Virus record (IMG/VR): IMGVR_UViG_3300027656_000007
Coordinates: 1-64,000 of that record
Direction: 5' to 3' (one strand)
Source of the DNA: a virus
Taxonomy: Duplodnaviria; Caudoviricetes
DNA: 64,000 nucleotides
Of this stretch, positions 9,642 through 15,254 are shown piece after piece. How positions within the stretch are numbered: position 1 is the stretch's first letter; each line of letters opens with the position of its first letter. The notes under the pieces were generated by a model that saw only the letters and a list, made by a program, of their open reading frames with translations, was not told the origin of the DNA and made no database searches. Position numbers and translations under genes: made by a program.

Positions 9642-10497
9642 TATAAAAGTTCTACACCTAGAGCCCACTGATGTGTGCCAAGCGGCCTGCGCTTTGTGTG
9701 CTCGCGAAACAGATCAAAATTTTAGAAAAGATCTTCAACATCATCTTTCAATGAGTCAAATCATCAAGGTATTTGGCCAAGAAAAAATCCAACAACTGGA
9801 CAAAATGTTCATGTGTGGAGTGTATGGTGATCCTGCTGCTGGCAAGTACACATTGGACATCTATAGAGAATTCCGAAAACTTAACCCCAACATTGTGTTG
9901 GGCATGAACTCCAATGGCAGCATACAAAGCACAATTTGGTGGCATGAACTGGGCACAATGTTCAATCAATCCCAAGACTATGTGGTATTTTCAATTGATG
10001 GTCTCGAAAGTACCAATCATGTGTATCGTAAAAATGTCTCTTGGACCAAGCTCATGCAAAACGCACAAGCGTTTATTGCAGCCGGAGGTTCTGCACACTG
10101 GGACATGTTGGTTTATCGACACAATCAACACCAAGTGGATGAATGTGAGCAGTTGGCACGAGACATGGGGTTTACATGGTTTAGAGCCAAGGTCAGTCGA
10201 CGAGGATTTACAGATAACCTAGAACAGCCCATTGGTTGGCAGCTGCCAAACGTGCAAGGCACAAAAATAAACTGTCATGCACTCAATGAACAAAGTACAT
10301 ATATCGATGCACAGGGTCGAGAAAGTCCGTGCTGTTGGTTGGGGTCAAGACAAAAAGATTTTGTAACAGACTTTGAAGAAGTCAAGAACTCCTGGACCAG
10401 CATTCAACCCAATATTGTTTGCATGGATGCTTGTGGTACTACCGATATTGAGACTAGTTTTAGCAAGCAATGGCAACGAGCAGTAGAATTATGTTAG
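9625..10497 (+). CDS. Radical SAM protein with C-terminal Cys-rich (Twitch/SPASM-like) region
   Basis: CQAACALC (CxxxCxxC), MCGVYGDP, FSIDG, C-terminal C...PCCW...CMDAC. Confidence 0.85.
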   Translation: MLTLRDIKVLHLEPTDVCQAACALCARETDQNFRKDLQHHLSMSQIIKVFGQEKIQQLDKMFMCGVYGDPAAGKYTLDIYREFRKLNPNIVLGMNSNGSIQSTIWWHELGTMFNQSQDYVVFSIDGLESTNHVYRKNVSWTKLMQNAQAFIAAGGSAHWDMLVYRHNQHQVDECEQLARDMGFTWFRAKVSRRGFTDNLEQPIGWQLPNVQGTKINCHALNEQSTYIDAQGRESPCCWLGSRQKDFVTDFEEVKNSWTSIQPNIVCMDACGTTDIETSFSKQWQRAVELC

Positions 10498-11501
10498 CAA
10501 CTTGGCATTTTCATATTGAGATTTCCAGCAAGTGTACCTTGCGGTGCCCCCGGTGTTCTCGGCAGGAAGTGCCCAACGGCCTTGTCAACACAGAACTAGA
10601 TTTGGAATTTTTCAAACGTAACTTTACTCCAGAGTTTGTACAAACACATATAGAGAAAATTACATTTTGTGGCGACGACGGCGATCCCATCTATGCACAT
10701 GACTTGATCCCGGTTATAGAATACATCAAAAGCATCAAGCCGGTAGAGATTGTGATCGTGACCAATGGCTCACATAAGAAAGTTCAATGGTGGACACAGT
10801 TGGGCCAACTGTTAGACTCCAATGACAGTGTACATTTCAGCATCGACGGGTATGATAACGACAGTAATAACATATATCGCATCAACAGTGATTACGACAG
10901 TATCATTTTAGGACTAAAAACATTGCGAGCCACAAGTGATTGCAAAATTATCTGGGCCGCGATTGCATTCAAGTTCAACGAAGAACACTTGGACACTATG
11001 AAAGCGTTTGCACACACTGTGGGAGTTGATCGATTTCAATTGACCAAGAGCACCAAGTTTGGCAGTGTGTATCCATCCTACGGGGTCAGCGATCCACTAC
11101 AACCCAGTGTAAAATATATCAGCAGTACACATCGCTTTGAACGTGAGTTCACTGCCTTGACACCACGGGACAAAGTGGAATCAATTTCCACTACCAACAT
11201 TAAATTATTCAATCAAATTAAAAGCAGCAACGGCATTACTCCGTTGTGCATGATAGGCAACAAAGGCTTGTACATTGATGCCCGCGGTAGGTTATTTCCC
11301 TGCTGTTGGGTAGCAAATAGATACAGCCACAATTCAGACTGGCAGCAACTGGCAAACAATTTTGATCTACATAAAAAAACTTTAACAACTGTGCTGGCAG
11401 ACACATTTTGGTCTACAGAATTTCAAACATTTAAATGGCAGGAATGCCAGACCAAGTGCAAGAGTTCAGTGGTAGATAAAAATTATGCAACTGCCTGGTG
11501 A
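10491..11501 (+). CDS. Radical SAM protein, paralog of upstream gene
   Basis: CTLRCPRC, FCGDDGDP, FSIDG, PLC...FPCCW...CQTKC; ATG 10491 overlaps the upstream stop. Confidence 0.85.
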   Translation: MLATWHFHIEISSKCTLRCPRCSRQEVPNGLVNTELDLEFFKRNFTPEFVQTHIEKITFCGDDGDPIYAHDLIPVIEYIKSIKPVEIVIVTNGSHKKVQWWTQLGQLLDSNDSVHFSIDGYDNDSNNIYRINSDYDSIILGLKTLRATSDCKIIWAAIAFKFNEEHLDTMKAFAHTVGVDRFQLTKSTKFGSVYPSYGVSDPLQPSVKYISSTHRFEREFTALTPRDKVESISTTNIKLFNQIKSSNGITPLCMIGNKGLYIDARGRLFPCCWVANRYSHNSDWQQLANNFDLHKKTLTTVLADTFWSTEFQTFKWQECQTKCKSSVVDKNYATAW

Positions 11502-11518
11502 TCCGATAACTATGTTAC

Positions 11519-11947
11519 ATGACATGGTTCTACAACAATCAACTGATAGAAACTCTACCCGACGATTGTGTGGGCTTTGTCTATTTGATTACAAATAATC
11601 TTTCTGGACGCAAGTACATAGGCAAAAAATTAGCAAAATTTAGTAAAACAACGCAACGCACTGTCAAACTTAAAAACGGCACAAAGAAGAAGAAAAAGAT
11701 ACGATCAAAGGTCGACTCAGACTGGAGAGAGTACTATGGGTCAAGCCCAGAATTGACTTCGGACATCGAAAAACTAGGCACCGAAAACTTCACCAGAGAA
11801 ATACTTTACTATTGCAAATCCAAAAGCGAATGCAGTTACATTGAGGCACGGGAACAATTTGCAAGACAAGTATTAGAATCACGAGATTATTACAACGGCC
11901 ATATACAAGTGCGTGTACATGGCTCACACATTATAAACAAACTGTAA
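11519..11947 (+). CDS. GIY-YIG family nuclease (Seg-like), free-standing
   Basis: GFVY...KYIG motif pair, YYGSS, EAREQF, YYNG; Lys-rich insertion KLKNGTKKKKKIRSK. Confidence 0.8.
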   Translation: MTWFYNNQLIETLPDDCVGFVYLITNNLSGRKYIGKKLAKFSKTTQRTVKLKNGTKKKKKIRSKVDSDWREYYGSSPELTSDIEKLGTENFTREILYYCKSKSECSYIEAREQFARQVLESRDYYNGHIQVRVHGSHIINKL

Positions 11948-12290
11948 GGCAGCATTAACGACACTGTGTTGGGTGACATGGCCCAACCCCATTGAGGATA
12001 TGTGAGATACCATATTCAGATTCTTGGGCGTCAAAGGCAATTGCTAACTTAAGGCAACAAATGGTTTGGGCTCCGTTGAAAAAGATACGACCCATGCTTA
12101 TAGGACTTGGATCTACATCGGGTTACTAGGGTTCCGTTGATATGTGAAGCTTGAGTAGGGGGTACCGGTCAACCGCCTCCGCGCAGGAAACTGCAATCTC
12201 ATTATGATAGATGACTGGGCTACTCAGATAATGCTAGGCTCATCGTTCACCGTGCTTACGGTGAATTATGACCAGTTAATCTAGATAATA
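11948..12290 (+). ncRNA. Candidate large structured non-coding RNA of unknown family
   Basis: No ORF of 60 aa or more. Hand-found helices: 11951-57/12229-35, 11968-73/11982-87, 11996-12002/12011-17, 12152-58/12220-26, GCAG-GAAA-CUGC 12183-94, 12246-53/12258-65, and crossing helix 12208-18/12272-83. Confidence 0.7.
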
Positions 12291-12305
12291 CTTAAAGAAG
12301 AAGAC

Positions 12306-12357
12306 AAAGAAAAAATTGACGAGCAGAGCGAAGTCAATAGAACTTCGCAGAAGTTCT
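12306..12357 (-). terminator. Intrinsic terminator region for the leftward operon (two hairpins plus U-tract)
   Basis: AGAACTTC-gca-GAAGTTCT 12339-57 at the nucleosidase stop; ATTGAC...GTCAAT 12315-38 followed on the minus strand by a T-rich tract (A-tract 12306-15). Confidence 0.65.
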
Positions 12358-12899
12358 TAAATGGTTACGCCAAGTTCTTGCAGTTTAGCAACAAAGAATG
12401 ATTGGCCTTGAGAAACAGATTGTTGCCATGAGGTATGAGCAGAGTGATCTGCTTGATCAGTGATGTACTTGAAACAACGAAATTCAATACGATTACGCAG
12501 ACAGACTTTGGCAATGGCATAGGCTTCCATGTCTACTAGATCTGCAGGAATGTCTAGCTCTGGGTTCATCACAAAGTCATCGCCGGTGCTGCAGGTGAGT
12601 CCTGCTGTGCCAGTGGTTAAGATAATATCATCTTCAAATGGTGTTTGGCCATTGCTGCATCCTAGCCCCAGGCATCGGATATCACGTTGTACAAAATGAC
12701 TGCATTCATGTAGTCCGGGCCCAACTGTTATGCCACCCGCTGTGCCAAGATTGATCACACGATCGGGTTGATATCGTTCAATCACCTGCGCCGCAGTCAT
12801 GGCAGCATTTACTTTGCCAACTCCGGTATAAAACACATTCATCATGTGCCGTAGACCCGGAGCTTCAGCCTGCAAGGCAATTAAAACTATGGTTTTCAT
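12357..12899 (-). CDS. mtnN: 5'-methylthioadenosine/S-adenosylhomocysteine nucleosidase
   Basis: IAL..E, TGVGKVNAA, INLGTAGG, DMEAYA, KYITDQA motifs of the PNP/UDP/MTAN family. Confidence 0.88.
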   Translation of the reverse strand: MKTIVLIALQAEAPGLRHMMNVFYTGVGKVNAAMTAAQVIERYQPDRVINLGTAGGITVGPGLHECSHFVQRDIRCLGLGCSNGQTPFEDDIILTTGTAGLTCSTGDDFVMNPELDIPADLVDMEAYAIAKVCLRNRIEFRCFKYITDQADHSAHTSWQQSVSQGQSFFVAKLQELGVTI

Positions 12900-13231
12900 T
12901 CAAAAGTGTCGGGCCAGTCACGGAACAGGGCATGTTGAATATCACCACTGACAAACTGATTGAAGCTCTTGTGTTTGACTTCCAGTTCGCCTTCCAACGG
13001 TGCTACACGTTTAAATGCTGAGTCCATTTGACCCATATCTTTAAATTCCATAAGTATCATCCATTCTGGCATATCTGCAATTGAACGAAACCCCATCTTG
13101 CATCTAGTGATGCGATAGTTTTCCATCTTGCCCTCAGATACCAAATGATCAAAAAAACTCCGCATCCCTGTGACCCAGTCAATATCAGAAATGTCACCTT
13201 CTTTGTTTGCCCAAATTGTATAAATGTCCAT
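12896..13231 (-). CDS. Small dimeric alpha-beta barrel-like protein (DUF6614-like)
   Basis: 111 aa; YRITRCKMGF...EWMILMEFKDMGQMDSAF...ALFRDWPD pattern recalled from DUF6614-like proteins; unverified. Confidence 0.5.
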   Translation of the reverse strand: MDIYTIWANKEGDISDIDWVTGMRSFFDHLVSEGKMENYRITRCKMGFRSIADMPEWMILMEFKDMGQMDSAFKRVAPLEGELEVKHKSFNQFVSGDIQHALFRDWPDTFE

Positions 13232-13233
13232 AA

Positions 13234-13668
13234 TTACTCCAGTGGTCCTAGTATTTCAAAGCCATCCATGTCAGACTTGTATAGATGTGCCTGTTCAAGA
13301 TACAAGTATCTAAATCCGCGATCTTTGTAAATTGCACACTCTGCTTGTAGTGTTTCGATACCCAATCTCATTTTGGGTCTATTATAATTCCATGCAAACT
13401 GATCACACAAGGCATTGTGATCGTCGTAGCGCCGTATCAGTGAAAATGCCACCAAACGATCCACATCGTAGTAGCCGATCACATCGGTCATTGGGTCTGT
13501 GTACCTGCTGTCAAATATCGGCATCACCGATGCAAAGTGCTTGTATTTGCAGTAGTCTCGATAGATCAGATTCAGCTCAGCAATGTTGGGTGTGCGCAGA
13601 TACTCCCACTTGACATTGATTTTGTAATTGGTCTTAGCTAAATCAATTCTAGCAAACTGGTAGCTCAT
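13234..13668 (-). CDS. GNAT-fold protein resembling the C-terminal domain of aminoacyl-tRNA-protein transferases (ATE/Bpt)
   Basis: IGYYDVDRLVAFSLI...FAWNY...RLGIETLQAECAIYKDRGFRYLYL parallels the ATE_C pattern. Confidence 0.5.
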   Translation of the reverse strand: MSYQFARIDLAKTNYKINVKWEYLRTPNIAELNLIYRDYCKYKHFASVMPIFDSRYTDPMTDVIGYYDVDRLVAFSLIRRYDDHNALCDQFAWNYNRPKMRLGIETLQAECAIYKDRGFRYLYLEQAHLYKSDMDGFEILGPLE

Positions 13669-14168
13669 GTTCTGGGATCCTGTCTGTGCTGAAACAGGCC
13701 GGTTAGATATTCTTCAGGCCAGTCATGATAAAATCCTCGGCTGGCCATGAGTCGAGCCTTGGTGTTTAGATCACTGAGACTCTGCACCAGAGCCAAGGCA
13801 TAAGTGCCTTGATTCATGCATACTCCGTTGACCATTTCCACATCTGCAGGATGGTCTTCCAAGGCCAACATGTCTCTAGGCAGCAGAACTTCTTGGTTTG
13901 CCAGTTCAATGCTACCAGCCAGCTGTTCATGCGTCCATTCTTGAGGATCATACACATAGATGACAACTTCTTTATCGCCCATGCCCTGTCGGCCACGGTG
14001 TTTAAGATCATAATAAGGATCTGCACCAAGATACACTGCATAACTGTTCTTTATTCGTGCTGACCGTGCGTAGGGACAAGGCGAAAAGCCCCCCAGGGCT
14101 GGATGCGGAACTTCTAGGAAGTTTGCAATCCACAGTTCTATATCTTTTTTAACTTGTTCGATATCCAT
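13665..14168 (-). CDS. Hypothetical protein, DUF1415-like
   Basis: W...F.E.P...LGGFSPCPYA and later DHP motif resemble DUF1415 (CPFA...FHP); unverified. Confidence 0.5.
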   Translation of the reverse strand: MDIEQVKKDIELWIANFLEVPHPALGGFSPCPYARSARIKNSYAVYLGADPYYDLKHRGRQGMGDKEVVIYVYDPQEWTHEQLAGSIELANQEVLLPRDMLALEDHPADVEMVNGVCMNQGTYALALVQSLSDLNTKARLMASRGFYHDWPEEYLTGLFQHRQDPRT

Positions 14169-14177
14169 GGTTGATTT

Positions 14178-14414
14178 TTAGAAAAACGGTAGTCCTGATT
14201 TTTTAGTAGTTTCTAAATTGTCTTTGATAATGTCAGACACTGAATTACGCTCTTCATAGCTGAGATTTAGTGCAGCTTCATATGATAGGCCACCGCGCAT
14301 GTACCATACCATTTTTAACGCCTCTTGTTTGATGGACTTGCTTTCTTTGTCTAACTGATCAACCCATTTGGAAATTTGATCAGAATCCAGCACTAGGAGG
14401 CGTCCGCGAAAAAA
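14178..14414 (-). CDS. Tail assembly chaperone extension (gp51-like/GT-like) probably reached by -1 frameshift from the upstream gene
   Basis: Open frame LLVLDSDQISKW...WYMRGGLSYEAALNLSYEER...KKSGLPFF in the -1 frame relative to the gp26-like gene; no SD-backed start. Confidence 0.65.
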   Translation of the reverse strand, partial: FFRGRLLVLDSDQISKWVDQLDKESKSIKQEALKMVWYMRGGLSYEAALNLSYEERNSVSDIIKDNLETTKKSGLPFF

Positions 14415-15229
14415 CTTGTCATGTCCAATGTAATGGCCTGTAGATATTCTTTGGTGCATTCTGCACACTGCAAGGTCACCGGTTGTAGTTCAGCATTGGC
14501 CTTGGCTTCCACAATGTGATCACGTATCTTGGCAAACAGTCTTCGATCGCAATTTTTCAACATGTCTTCAATGAACTCACGTTCGGTCACAAGTGCAGCA
14601 GGTGTTTTGACAGCCTTGATGCTTTGTCCCAAAACATTCACAGTGATTTCTGTAATTTTCATCAATGCTGCACTCAATGCACTCATACGTTGATCATCGG
14701 GCATGTCTGCGCCCGGTAAGACCTGTAGAATTTTTTGTTCTTCAAACTGGCGTAGATTATTGGCATTGAGGTCTTGGTAAGTCATGGGCTTGAAAAAGAT
14801 TTCAAGATCGCCGTCAGTTATTGGCTGTGAGTAATCTGGTGCTCGCATGTTTTCTAGCACTCTTCTTAGATCCAGTCCGTAGTCTGCTTCGTGACTGCAA
14901 TTTGGACATCTGGTTGAAATTTCCATGTTGTGTCCGTAACTGGCAATGCGAATTGCAACCAATATAGTGTCAACATCCACAGCAGGTATAGCCCATGGGT
15001 CTCGAATGGCAGGAATACAACTTTTGATAACATTGACAACAGCATTGCCGTTAAACAATGCATCGGGTGTGCGATAGGTAATTTCGTCAATTGCAGTCAT
15101 TGGATACACCGGCAATTCTCTCGTAGGTGGCATGGCCAATGCACCATCAGGATAATATTTTCCGTCGCTGGGCAGACGGATATACACCGCTGGCTGTCTG
15201 AAATACTGTGTTAATGGGTTATTTTGCAT
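14393..15229 (-). CDS. Baseplate hub assembly / tail assembly chaperone, T4 gp26-like
   Basis: NPL..YFRQP..YI.LPS.G, PMTAIDEI, DVDTILVAIRIASYG, CPNC and CAEC motifs; ends SFFADAS; AGGA SD before ATG 15229; divergent from the tape measure gene. Confidence 0.75.
   Translation of the reverse strand: MQNNPLTQYFRQPAVYIRLPSDGKYYPDGALAMPPTRELPVYPMTAIDEITYRTPDALFNGNAVVNVIKSCIPAIRDPWAIPAVDVDTILVAIRIASYGHNMEISTRCPNCSHEADYGLDLRRVLENMRAPDYSQPITDGDLEIFFKPMTYQDLNANNLRQFEEQKILQVLPGADMPDDQRMSALSAALMKITEITVNVLGQSIKAVKTPAALVTEREFIEDMLKNCDRRLFAKIRDHIVEAKANAELQPVTLQCAECTKEYLQAITLDMTSFFADAS
14408..14414 (-). promoter_or_regulatory. Putative -1 ribosomal frameshift heptamer U_UUU_UUC
   Basis: Minus strand reads AGT TTT TTC GCG GAC GCC TCC TAG; the -1 frame TTT TTT CGC GGA CGC CTC CTA GTG continues to 14178. 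Confidence 0.65.
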
Positions 15230-15241
15230 GTGGTTTTCCTG

Positions 15242-15249
15242 TATAAATA
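15242..15249 (+). promoter_or_regulatory. T4-type late promoter TATAAATA, 5 nt before ATG
   Basis: Exact T4 late consensus; ATG at 15255; no SD between. Confidence 0.8.
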
Positions 15250-15254
15250 TAGTT

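Noticed and set aside
12145-12240. RNase P RNA-like words (GCTTGAG, GATAGATGACTG, CAGATAATG)
   Set aside because: The conserved GAGGAAAGUCC and GGCUUA P4 strands are missing, and short matches can arise by chance.
11519-12290. A classical group I intron carrying a GIY-YIG homing endonuclease
   Set aside because: The upstream radical SAM gene ends normally at 11501 and the downstream gene is on the opposite strand, so there are no exons. Canonical R (CAGAGACUA) and S (AAGAUAUAGUC) elements are absent; only the helix order is similar.
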